This document shows, one piece after another, positions 53,065-64,000 of a stretch of 64,000 nt of DNA. A model generated the notes under the pieces. It saw nothing but the letters and a program-made list of their open reading frames with translations. It ran no database searches and was not told where the DNA came from. Position 1 is the stretch's first letter, and the number at the start of each line of letters is the position of its first letter. The stretch lies in NCBI RefSeq assembly GCF_009914755.1, contig NC_060930.1; one strand, written 5' to 3'. The DNA is from the human T2T-CHM13v2.0 reference genome, Homo sapiens. The position numbers and the translations under genes were made by a program.

Positions 53065-55023
53065 CCCTAAACCCCAGTGCTCTACTGCTTGTTGTCAGGA
53101 TGGCTGGGTCAGGTGAGAAAGAAGCCTAGACATCCCTAGAGCCACCTGCTGTGCAGCCACCTTTTGAGAAAGTGTCCCCAGTGATCTTTTCCCAGGTTAG
53201 CCTTTGTGGCTTGGGCATCCAGCCTTTCAGAGATATGAAACCACACACGTCTTCAGAGTGAACAGCTGCTCACCCCGATGTGCTCAAGGGGTGCAGGATG
53301 TGGACACATCCTACTGAATGAGCCAGACAACGTAACTGGATCTGTCCAGAACACCACGATGGGTGACATTGCCATCTGCAGCAGTGCTGTACTTCCTCCC
53401 GCCAATTTGTAAAGTGCAGACAGGATGCTGGATCAACTGGCTGCTGCTGAGGCCAGTGACCTCTAGGGCGTATTCCCACGTTCCTTTGCAGTAGCTGCTC
53501 ACCTTTGTAAGCATGTGAGTTATTCGTGCTGTCTGTTGTGATCCTAAGGAATCCAATGGTCAGGACCAGAACTTCTGAAGTACAGCCCAGCATTGCCGTC
53601 TGGCATCCCCAGAAAGCAGATTTTGAGATTGGCATGATGGCCGTTAAGCAGGGCGTTCTCTCTGGAGCAATGTCTAGCCGGGGTCGGAGTGGGGAGAGAG
53701 AGAGGGGGGCTGCTGAGAATATCACAGAGAGATGGCAGCCTTTCTGCAGCATAGGCCTAAGTGCACACTCACCTGGCTATCACTGAGAGGACTCTCTGTT
53801 CAACAGGGCCACTCAGGGCTTCCCCTGCATGGAGATCTGAGTGTCCAGGGAGGGGACGTGGTGAGCATTTCTCTGGTCAAAGTGTGCAAAGCAAAATCTG
53901 CCCCATTCCTGCCAAAGTGGTTGACATGGAGGAAAGGGGAGTGCCAGTTCTGTAGGCTGAGGTGGTGGCTGTTAGAACTGCTCCTAGGCTAGTTGGTGTT
54001 CTGGAAGGTTCCCCTCTATGTGAGATGAAAGAGCATATCTTTAAGAGCTGCAACTTTGAAGCTCTAATATAGAATGCTTTTGGTGGCAAGCATTACTTCG
54101 GAAAGGGCTTGAAGACCCCTGAAGATCCTTGGTGGCCTAGGCAGTTCCTTTATTGCCAGGGCTGTGCAGGACTAAGCTTCAACAGCGCCACCATGTGACA
54201 AGAAGCAATTGCAGTGGTGCATTGAGGGTTTTCTTTTGCACTGAGAACTCAAGTCCCACTTTCACCCTTGGACCTGGTAAATCTTTGGGGTTCATGGACA
54301 ATTCTGAGGAGGAGATACTTAAGAGAGTGATGTTAGAATTTGATGTTTTGGTTTATTGTATCAGAAAATAAAAGAAATTGGATTTATAGCTCAGTTTGTG
54401 GTTCATATCAATTTAAATAGCTTTGAAATGCTGATAGGACCATCACGGTTTTTTGGTTGCTGAAATCCCATAACTAAAGCAATGCCTCAATAAGCTTTTA
54501 ATCCACAGCCCCCATGCCCAGGTCTATAACAAAGTTTTTATATGCCTATGGGGAAAAACAATTATGAGGCAAACATTTATAAAGTTAAATTTATTACGTT
54601 TCTACTCCTATTTTTTATTCTGCTGGTGTATTGTTATATATTTTCCTACATATTTAAACATTTTCTTCCTCTTATAAAATGTTAGTGATTTTAAATGATG
54701 GTGTGTCCGGAATTGGTTCCTTCTGGTGGGTTCAGTCTTGCTGACTTCAAGAATGAAGCCACAGATGCTCACAGTGAGTGTTACAGCTCTTAAAGATGGT
54801 GTGTCCAAAGTTTGTTCCCTCAGATGTTCAGATGTCTCCAGAGTTTCTTCCTTCTGGTGGGTTCGTGGTCTTGCTGACTTCAGGAGTGAAGCCGCAGACC
54901 TTTGCAGTGAGTGTTACAGCTCTTAAAGGTGGTGCGTCCAGAGTTGTTTCTTCCTCCCAGTGGGATTATGGTCTCGTGCAGACCTTGCATTGAGTGTTAC
55001 AGCTCTTAAAGGGGGCACGGACC

Positions 55024-55252
55024 TGACCATCCTGGCTAAAATACAGTGAAACCCCATCTCCACTAAAATTACAAATATTAGCCCGGAGTGGTGGCAGGTG
55101 CCCATAGTCCCAGCTACTCCGGAGGCTGAGACAGGAGAATAGTGTGAACCCGGGACGCGGAGCTTGTAGTGAACAGAGATTGCGTCACTGCACTCCAGCC
55201 TGGGCGACAGAGCGAGACTCCATCTCAAAAAACAAGAACAAAAAAACAAAAA
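55024..55252 (+). mobile_element. 5'-truncated AluY-like inside LTR12
   Basis: Begins at 'gaccatcctggctaa'; 'gtgaacccggg..gcggagcttg'; A-rich tail; degenerate 16-bp TSD. Confidence 0.9.
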
Positions 55253-55369
55253 AAAGGCAGCGCAGACCCAGAGTAAGCAACAGCAAGATTTATTGCCAAG
55301 AGCCAAACAACAAACCTCCCACAGCGTGGAAGCAGACCCAAGTGGGTTGACACTGCTGGCTCAGGTGGT

Positions 55370-55650
55370 CTGCTTTTAGTCCCTTATTTGGCCTCACCAA
55401 CATCCTGCTGATTGGTCCATTTTACAGAGAGCTGATTGGTCCATTTTACAGAGTGCTGATTGGTCCATTTTGACAGAGTGCTGATTGGTGCATTTATAAA
55501 CCCTTAGCTAGACACATAGCGCTGATTGGTGCATTTACAATCCTTTAGCTAGACAGAAAAGTTCTCCAAGTACCCTACCCGATTAGCTAGACACAGAGCC
55601 CTGATTGGTGCGTTTACAAACCTTTAGTTAGACACAGAGTGCTGATTGGT
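55370..55650 (-). promoter_or_regulatory. LTR12 U3 promoter/enhancer with 7 CCAAT (NF-Y) boxes
   Basis: ATTGG at 55411, 55435, 55459, 55484, 55525, 55604, 55645; ERV9 LTRs are known NF-Y-dependent promoters. Confidence 0.65.
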
Positions 55651-55965
55651 GCGTTTACGATCCTTTAGCTAGACAGAAAAGTTTTCCAAGTCCCCACCAG
55701 ACCCAGAAGCCCAGCCAGCTTCACCTCTCAATGGGATTTTAAAAAATGTTTTTACTTGGCAAATAAAGACTTAGCAACCTAATACCTACCTCTCAAAATA
55801 TTTGTAAATCATACTGATCTATAAAATCTATTAAGTATGAGATTTGTTGATATAATGACTCATAAAAGCAATGTAATCCAAATTAAAATTTGTAAAGCAC
55901 TGCATAATTTACATAGTATTTCTGTCTCGAGTATCTTTAAACCATTAAGTTAAGAGTGTGACTTT

Positions 55966-56270
55966 GGACGGGTGTGGTGGCTCACGCCGGTAATCCCAAC
56001 ACTTTGGGAGGCCAAGGCAGGCAGATCACCTGAGGTCGAGAGTTCGAGATCAGCCTGGCCAAAATATCGAAACCCCATCTCTACTAAAAATACAAAAATT
56101 AGCTGGACGTGGTGGCATGCCCTGTAGTCCCAGCTGCTCAGGAGGCTGAGACAGGAGAATCGCTTGAACCCAGAGGCGGAGGTTGCAGTGAGCCAAGATC
56201 GTGCCACTGCACTCCAGCCTTGGCGACAGAGTGAGACTCCATCTCCAACAAAAAAATGAAAGAAAGAAAA
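55966..56270 (+). mobile_element. AluSx-like
   Basis: Full dimer 'gatcacctgaggtc..agttcgaga', A-rich tail. Confidence 0.95.
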
Positions 56271-56749
56271 TCTCCTGTAGTCACTTCTAGTCACCACAAC
56301 AGTTTGATTTTAATAATTAGAAGACCTACTTCTATGCAGAAATATGAACTCCAAACCTCTGGATATGGGGACAGAAATTGCCGTGGCACTCTAAAAACTT
56401 TGTCCAAAGAAATGCTGTCTTCCATTTTCTTTGCCGTTAACCGTTTTATATCCTTGAGATGGTGTTGAGTTGATCTGCAAAGCCGGCCTTGGCCACCTGC
56501 CCTGATAGTCTTGCCCAAATGCTCCAGCACCTTGCCCTGGAACGTGGCCAAATTGGCCACCTGCTGTTTTGTTCGTCCCTCTGATTTCTGTCTCGGTTGC
56601 TCTCTTTTGGAGTTCTGCAGTTGTGTGTGTGCTTTTTCTTGTTCTGGGTCAGTTTTTTTCTCATCTGTCAAACCAGGACACATAATTTTACAAGGTCACA
56701 CAGTGAGGAAAGCCTTGCTGAATCTTACTGCTACGATTCACGGCATTGC

Positions 56750-56870
56750 AGAGGCCTTGCTTTTAGAGCTGCAACAGATCTCAGAAGTTTTAGGCTAATT
56801 CCTTCGTTTTACAGACGACTAAAATGAAATCCAGGGAGTTTAAGTGGCATGACGAGAGCTAGAGGATCCC
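56750..56870 (-). mobile_element. MIR fragment
   Basis: 'ttttagagctgcaa...ttccttcgtttacagacga...ccagggagtttaagtg'. Confidence 0.45.
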
Positions 56871-56917
56871 TTCTCAAGTAACTATGGAACAAAGCCTTCG
56901 AAACGCATACGTTGGTA

Positions 56918-57680
56918 CAGAGTTAGGCTGAGAGGGGCCTGAGCTTACACAATGTGGGTGTCCTCTTTCAGAAAGAAGAAATACAAAATTAAGTACACAA
57001 TTGTTATCATTTAGAAAGATAAAAGAAATTACCGTGAATTACACACTTTCAAAACCTGTGAAATACCACAAACAGCATAAAATCCAAGAAAATAATATCT
57101 TTATTACTTAATTGTCCAACCAATCTCTGTAATTCCTGTTTTCTTATATTTTCTGCTGTATAATGTTTGATGGCCTTTTTTCTGACTACAGTTTTGTAAT
57201 GTCATTTCTATAGAGATAATAGTGAGAAAATTCAGTCTTTAGCACAATCAATCACAATTTGGTTCTTATTGATAAGTTGAAAATCTTTCTTTCAGTTTTA
57301 CAACTCATTATTGGTAAGTCATGTAAGTGTTAGTGTTATTATCAAGTTGTGGATAACTTCTGTCAACTTTTTTTCATATGTAAGCTGTAAGATTTGGAAA
57401 ACCTTTTGACAGACTGGCTTCTGACTCTTTTTCAAACTTTCATTCCCTTCCCTCCCGACGTACTTCCTGTGCTGTGGAGGATGTTTGGCCTGGGAGATGA
57501 CCTGTGATTCTGCACTTTGGGTCACACGCTGGGTGCATCAGTAGAATGGGCTTTCTGAGCATTCCCGGAAGCTATGCCCACACCAGGATGGCAGCAATGA
57601 TTTTACTGTACCTGGAAGTAATGATGAGCTGTGTAAATGTAACCCAAACTAAGTGTATCCCAATCCTCCACTTGCTTTGA
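56918..57680. mobile_element. hAT-Tip100 DNA transposon (Zaphod/MER115-like), copy 1
   Basis: 'ggggcctgagcttacacaatgtggg..cctctttcagaaagaagaaatacaaaatt'; internally homologous to 59345-61595. Confidence 0.6.
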
Positions 57681-57964
57681 CTTGGAGCACTGAAGGGCTG
57701 TGTCCTAGGTGCACATACACACACACTCATGCACATATACACATAGAGCCTTTTGCAGTTCCAAGCATGTCCTTTAGCCCCATGAGGCAGTCAGTGGCTT
57801 CACCCCACCTCTTTGCTTCTCCCTCGGGAACATGCAAATTCCTCCAATGAAAAAGGGACCTCCAGTGCTGAGCTCAATTCTCCCTTCTGGAAGTTGGCTC
57901 GGTAATTCTTTACAATCTTGTTAGCACCTGAGCTTCAAATTATTTCTATGAGAAATTTTGGGTT

Positions 57965-58461
57965 ACAGAATCTAGCATACAATGAAAAAGTAACCACACT
58001 TCTAGGAGATGCGACACTGTGTACAAACACCAGCTTAAACAGCTAACAATGGCAACAGAGCCACAAAGACTCCAGAGAGTGGAGGTACAAATTTAATAGA
58101 AATAGAAGAAGAAAATAGAAAGTTTAATAGATATACAGACTTTTATATAATTTTTTTACTATGTTCAAGGAGATGAAAGACAATAGAATTTTAGCAGACA
58201 TGAGAGGTTGTAGTGTATGCTACAAAAACCAAAGGCAAATTGGAAAACCAAAAAATTCAGTAATCAAAGTTAAGAACTCATTGGCTGTCTTTGACAGATG
58301 AGTCATTAAGGATAATCAGAAAGCAGGTTAGGAGAAAACAGAATAAAACATAATAAGGACAAATAATGGAAAACTACAGAAGACTGGGTCAGAGACAGAG
58401 GATAGAGTAATAAGGCTTAACATCAGCAAGAGGAGAGAATATGCAAGAGAAATTTTAGAAG
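57965..58461 (+). mobile_element. HAL1/L1ME ORF1-region fragment
   Basis: 'tctagcatacaatgaaaaagtaacca', 'ctatgttcaaggagatgaaaga', 'aagttaagaactca'; A-rich. Confidence 0.55.
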
Positions 58462-59336
58462 TGTAAGGACATAGGAAAAAACAAACTCAGTTTCTCCTGC
58501 TATACTCTCACAACACTCACACTTCTATAACCCCAGATGTGTGGAGTTTTTCCCCACATACCAAGCAGTTCTGCAGATGATTCTCCAGTGGACACCAGCT
58601 GGGTGTCTTCTAATTCGATTCAGCTCTGACACTGTCTAGCTGGAGATTGTGTCAGATCTCACAGGTTGAAGGCTCATTCCCACAAGTCTATCCCTCAGTT
58701 CGGATGCCAATTGCAGTGCAGGTGGTGACCTGTGCTTCTGACCAACCAGCTACAAACCAGGGTTCCACTAACCCCCTCCTTGGGTTTATTTAATTTGCTA
58801 AAGTGGCTCACAGAGCTCAGGGAAATTCTTACATTTACACATTTATTATGAGGATAAATTACAAAGGATACAGATGAACATCCAGATGGAAGAGATACAT
58901 AAGGCAAGGAATGGGAAAAGGGGCACAGGGCTTCCATGCTCTCTCTGGATATACCACCCTGCAGGAGCTTGTACGTGTTCTGCTATCTGGAAGACCCAGG
59001 GCTCAGTCCTTTTGGATTTTTATGGAAATTTCATTAAGTAGGCATGATTGATTATATCATTGGCTGTTGGTGATCCACTCAATATTCAGCCCTTTTATCC
59101 TCCCTGGAAGTGAGAGAGGTGGTTGAGGTGTGGGGGAGTAGGAGGTGGGCTGAAAGTTTCAACCTTCCCTCTTGGGAGGGTTGAAAACAGCAAACAGCCC
59201 CCCACCTGAGACTATCGAGGGGCTCCAGTCATCTCATTAGCATACAAGAGCCACTCATCACTCCAGAGATCCCGAGGATTTTGGGAGCTATGAATCAAGA
59301 AACCAGAAGACCAAATATACATTTCACAACATCACA
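58462..59336 (-). mobile_element. MER21-family solo LTR
   Basis: 'gtggacaccagctgggtgtc', 'ctgacactgtcta.ctggagat', 'taatttgctaaagtggctcacaga', end 'atttcacaacatcaca'; flanks agaag/ggaag. Confidence 0.85.
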
Positions 59337-59344
59337 GGAAGAGG

Positions 59345-61595
59345 CATGATTAAGAACTTACCAAACTAATTACAAATGTAAAAAATCTGCAACATAACTT
59401 AAATGTCACAAAATCTAAAAAAAAAAAATTATTATCAATTAACTTTCTGATGCATCTCTAAAACACTTTTTCTTACCTATTTTGGTTGTACCCTCTTTGA
59501 TCATCTCCTCAAAATGCAACAGTTTTGCAGTACCATTTTCTATAGAGAGAAGAGAAAGATAATTCAGACCTTTCTCTAGTGTGTTTGATTAAAATTTATT
59601 ATTGAAGATTTAGAGAATTTTTTTACTTTCCCTTTTCAATTTAATATTGGTCACATTATGTAAAGTTCAATATTGTCTAGATTTCAGGAAACATTCATTA
59701 TATATGAACTGTAAGATTTGAGAAATAAAAATAAAATTCTAAGCCCCCACCCAGCTGAACGGATCCCCTCTTGGCCAAGGGGACCCTGAAGAAACCTTAA
59801 AAACTGAGTTCCTGGCCATGACAGGAGGGAAGGGCAGCCGGCCTTGTTACACCGCCTCCCTTGCTGACTGCCACTGGCTTTCTCTTTAAGGGTTACACAG
59901 AAACCAGCCCTTTGGAAAGACTGGCTCTACCTATGATACCAACGAGCCCTCATGCTGCCCCTCCCTTACAGTTTTGACACAGGACTGACCAGCATTCCTT
60001 CCAGATGAGAGACCGCTGGCCACAGAGTGGCTTTGGCCAGTCTACGGACACTGCACACAGAGGGCCTCCATGTCCTCTGCTTTACCTTTTGATGTTTAGA
60101 GCCTACTTGTAATACATTTAAATGTTAAGTTGCCTCTCCAAAGTGAGCAGGGAAGCACGTTGCATGCCTGTTAGCTACTACACATGCCCTTGCCTCCCTT
60201 TTGTGAGTTTCCATCGCTCCTCCTATGACCTGCTGAACATGTATACTTAGCCAACCTGCTCAGCGTACATTCCAGTTCCCTTGACCCCCTCTCCTGAAGT
60301 ACTTGTTATGGAGGTTACACTTCCCAGCCTGCAAGATGGCCAGCCTGCAGGCTGCGATGCTTTATGAGAAATAAAGCTCTTTTACCAAATTTATGAACCT
60401 CATTATTCTTCAGCTGCAGATTTCAGTTTTTCATGTTTTCATTTCAGTTTTTCATGTACAGTGACTAAACATATTCATTGAATTGATGACCTGCATTAGC
60501 TAGTTTGGTTAATGATTTCCTATAACAAACTTTTGTGAAGTTTATGGTATTTTCATTGATGTAACTAATTTGTCTCAAATCCACAAGACATTTAAATCTT
60601 ACCCTTAATACGTTCATGAGATTCTTGCATCTTCATTGATTAGATTTTCCAATAATACAATGGCCTGTTCATGATTTTGACTCAGAATGTATTTGTTCTT
60701 TTTGATGGATTACTTTTTGAATTATCTGGACACTTTTTGGTTAAAATTGGTCATCTATATCAGAATAATTTCTATTAATTCCATCACATAGCTTCTTGAC
60801 ATTTGTTCATATTCCATTGAATTTAATGTGAATTTTTCTCTCAGGTCCTTAATAAATTTAAGCTTGACAAAAGACAACACTTCAAAATACATTCAAGTCA
60901 AGGGTTCATTTATTTTATTAAAATGTTTTTTCTTTCTTAATTGCTAAAAAAATGTGTTCCAATTTTATCAAATATGCCATTCCCATCAAAAAAGAAAGAA
61001 AGCATGGTGAACTTCATTTTGAGAAGATGTTGCTGGCCCTGTGCAGATCACTTTACATCACTGATGACTGGAGAAATTTGTCTTCCCTCTGCTACACACA
61101 GCTGGGTGCTGTAGGATGCATTCTTATCGCTGGTCCTGAATCATCAGTTCTTCTGCTTGGTGAGTAGACACAGTGTGCAACAGGGACATTCCTAGAAGCC
61201 ATCCCTACATTAGGATAATTAGCAATCGTTTAACAGTAAGAAGAGCGCCTGGAAGTCACATAAATTTATTCCATTAAATCCAAATTAATTATGTCCCCAA
61301 CTCTACTGCCCCTAACTGGAACCCAGTTGGCCTGCGGGCACCACAGCTCACCCTGCAGAGGAGAAATTGATGAACGGGACATGAGCATGGAAAAAGATCC
61401 GAATCCGTTGCTCTTAAAGTAGCTTACTTTTGCAAATTGTATTACATATGAGCACATGGGCACAGTGTTAGAGGCCCCCTCAAGAAATACATGCTCACAT
61501 GGACACTGCCTGCGGTGCTCACCCAGGCCCTGGAAGGGGATCGTGCAATGAAGGGCACTGCAGCGTCAGCTTTGTTTTATAGTAAATCTACTTTG
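59345..61595. mobile_element. hAT-Tip100 DNA transposon (Zaphod-like), copy 2, split by an LTR
   Basis: Homology to copy 1; terminal region 'caggccctggaagggg..cgtgcaa..agggc.ctg...gtaaatctac'. Confidence 0.6.
59719..60418 (+). mobile_element. MER39-like ERV1 solo LTR
   Basis: Starts 'tgagaaataaaaataaaattctaagccccc..ctgaacgga.cccctcttggccaagggg'; AATAAA ~60369; 4-bp TSD GATT at 59715-59718 and 60419-60422. Confidence 0.8.
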
Positions 61596-62469
61596 GACAC
61601 CTATTAATTCAGTTATTTGGTCGTTTCTGTTAATTCTTAAAAATCCTACCACGCGCCAAGCACTGGGGGATATCAAGGGTAGGAGAACACTGTGTGTGAG
61701 TGAGCCTAGTTCTCTTCTCCCTCCCCCTCCTTCTCAGATGCTCTTTTCCAATTTTACAAAAGAAAGACAGGCCTCTTCCTCACATTAGGGCACATTGCTC
61801 CAGGAGGTAAAAGTGCTTGGGGCAACAAGGAAACAATTCAAAACATTGGTGTTGAGAAAGCAAATGAGGAACCAGCTTATTTTTAATACTTTGCCTTCAG
61901 TAAAATTAAAGGAAGATTTAATGAGATTGGCAGTTAATAGAGCATTAAAAATAACTTTGATTATCAGTCATAATATGACTTCTGGCATATTACTCAGAAG
62001 TTCAAAGAATTGAGTGACATTGCACCAACAAATCCTTCACTTACCATCTACCTTTTTAGGTGAACAGAGTTTCTGTATAAAACAGAAATTAGTAAAAGAT
62101 TCATTGCTGAGTTCTTTCTTATTCTAACAATATGTAGTGATTGTCCAAGGATGTGTAAGTGCAATTAAGAATCACACACATATACTGAAACATTTTTGAA
62201 AAGTTTGAAATGGGCAAAAAGATTACTGGGTGTCCGGTGCAGCACACCCTTCCAGGTTATCTCTGACTTTCATCATCTATGAGCTATTTTAGAACACTGT
62301 ACGTTGAAAAAGTTGCATAGTAATACAAATAATTCTTGACCAAAGAAATGCTGAATTAGTTCCAGTGGTGATAACATTAATTATTGCCCCTGTAGATGTT
62401 GACACATTTTGCATCTATTTGTAAGTTCATTTCAACATTCCTAATTGCCCCTGCACGCCCCCCAACCCC

Positions 62470-62730
62470 AGCGCGCGCGAGCGTGTGTGTGTTTTGTGTG
62501 TGTGTTGCGCGTGTGTGTTTGTGTGTGTGTTGTGCGCATGTGTGTGTTGTGTGTGTGCGTGTGTGTGTGTTGTGCGTGTGTGTGTTGTGTGTGTTGTGTG
62601 TGCGTGTGTGTGTGTGCTGTGTGTGTTGTGTGTTGTGTGTGGTGTGTGTTGTGTGTGTGTTGTATGTGTGTGTTGTATGTGTGTGTTGTGTGTGTATGCG
62701 TGTGTGTTCCTGTGTGTGCGTGTGTGTGTG
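62470..62730. repeat. Compound (CG)n-(TG)n repeat with TT interruptions
   Basis: gcgcgcgcgagcgtgtgtgt... about 260 bp. Confidence 0.95.
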
Positions 62731-62851
62731 TTTAATTCTATTTTGAACTGTAGTTGATATCTTACTGATGCCCTCCTTGGTTAATGATGTAAACAAAATC
62801 TTTGATATGTTCATTTTATGAAAGTCATGAGGATTTTACCTTTTAAAAATT

Positions 62852-62874
62852 CACACACACACACACACACACAC
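62852..62874. repeat. (CA)n microsatellite
   Basis: Directly visible. Confidence 0.95.
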
Positions 62875-64000
62875 GACAGAAAACAAACTTGACCTGTGTG
62901 CTTTCTACTTTTGAAGTGTATTGAGATATAATTTTTCCCTAATAAATGGCCAGTTTGGAGGTATGCTTTTTGCACTGTAACATGGATTTCTAAGATCCAG
63001 GGCAAATAATATTATGTACCCCTCCAAATTAAAAAAAAAAAGTCCTAACTAAATAACTTCATGCGAATCTCGAGGACTGCATGGATGAAAGCAAGTTTCT
63101 AAAGGGCACCTGAGCAGATGTGTATGGAAGCGGAGGCATCAGGAGAAGCCCTTTAGCTTGGCAGAATTCCGCTGCTCAGGACCATCCTGCTGTTACCGCC
63201 CATCGCTGCCCTGGGCTGATTGCAAACACCAGGGACTTCTTAGCATCAACCAGAGGATGCATCCCTGTCTCCCAGGGTCACTGTCTAACGTCCCTTTAGG
63301 CATGATGGCTCTGATTTTCTATTCCCAAGGGATTTTTTTCTGATCGGAAATAGTCCAAATCCTATTTGTCAATTGTACTGTTTTGTTTTTTGCTACCTGC
63401 TTTTCTGTTGTTATGCTTTCAATATCTTTTCAGTGAACCACTCCCCAGTAGCCTCCCCCAACTCCCCTGTACCCACTGTATCCACTCAGAAAAAAACCAA
63501 CAAATTCATTGTTTACAGAAACTCAGAGGAGTGCTTAATTTTTGTCTGGAGCCAACTAATTATATCTGCAAAGTAACCAGAAACTTCCTCACAGTGTGTC
63601 AACTCCACAGCAAGGCAGAGGAGACAAAACTCAACCAGGCTGATGTATAGCGATTCAGACCCTCCCAGGAGCTGAATAACACCCCGGTGTCACCGTCCTA
63701 GCAGCATGTTATGTTAGATAGACACCTCTTCTGACTGGATGTGACTGGGCTTGAGATGAGCGAGGAAGAAATGGCTGACATTAGATCCATTTCTGGGGGT
63801 GGGTTTTAACAGGGCGTGGAGAGGGAGCAAGAGGGCATCTTGTGCTTGGCAGGAAAACTTGTACTGAGTAAATATGTGCCTGAAGGGAGGCCAGGAGACA
63901 GCAAAGGGAAGGAAGGAAGACAAGAGCGCAGAGGGATCCCTAAGGGGGGCCACCAGAGAAACTTCCCTGAGACGCAGAAACATCCAAGATGCCTGGAAAG

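Larger units (their letters stand above)
54702..55730 (-). mobile_element. Solo LTR12 (ERV9 LTR) with Alu insertion
   Basis: Termini tgtgtccggaattgg.../...cttcacctctca (TG..CA); 4-bp TSD ATGG at 54698-54701 and 55731-55734; 'gtgagtgttacagctcttaaag' and 'gctgattgg' repeats. Confidence 0.93.

Noticed and set aside
53270-53752. 160-aa ATG ORF downstream of LTR12 on the minus strand
   Set aside because: Weak Kozak context, no recognisable homology, about 1.6 kb from the predicted TSS with intervening ATGs; compatible with chance.
62377-62814. His/Thr- and Cys/Val-rich ORFs
   Set aside because: Products of the (TG)n repeat; not metallothionein- or keratin-associated genes.

Overview
Primate (human-like, catarrhine) nuclear genomic DNA, judged from AluJ/S/Y, LTR12/ERV9, L1M, L2, MIR, L3/CR1 and MER elements. 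I see no supportable protein-coding exon, rRNA, tRNA or CRISPR array; the window reads as intergenic or deep intronic. The ORF track is explained by repeats, low complexity or chance. A large fraction is interspersed repeat: 13 Alus, many with visible target-site duplications (TSDs), several solo LTRs, L1/L2/L3 relics and DNA-transposon MITEs. A densely nested TE block spans 54.7-61.6 kb. The most interesting signals are: a CpG-enriched, motif-rich unique segment at 20.2-20.9 kb with a chain of + strand splice sites (candidate spliced lncRNA/enhancer); a TSD-bounded solo LTR12 with seven CCAAT boxes, an altered TATA-like box and an antisense AluY; MER53 (miR-1302-like) and MADE1 (miR-548-like) hairpins; a template-switch hairpin inside an Alu; a tiny tailed insertion with nested TSDs; and a 38-bp minisatellite with a 76-bp higher-order structure. 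I find no convincing novel multi-gene system. Repeat subfamily names come from remembered consensus motifs, not a database search, and boundaries of old repeats are approximate.
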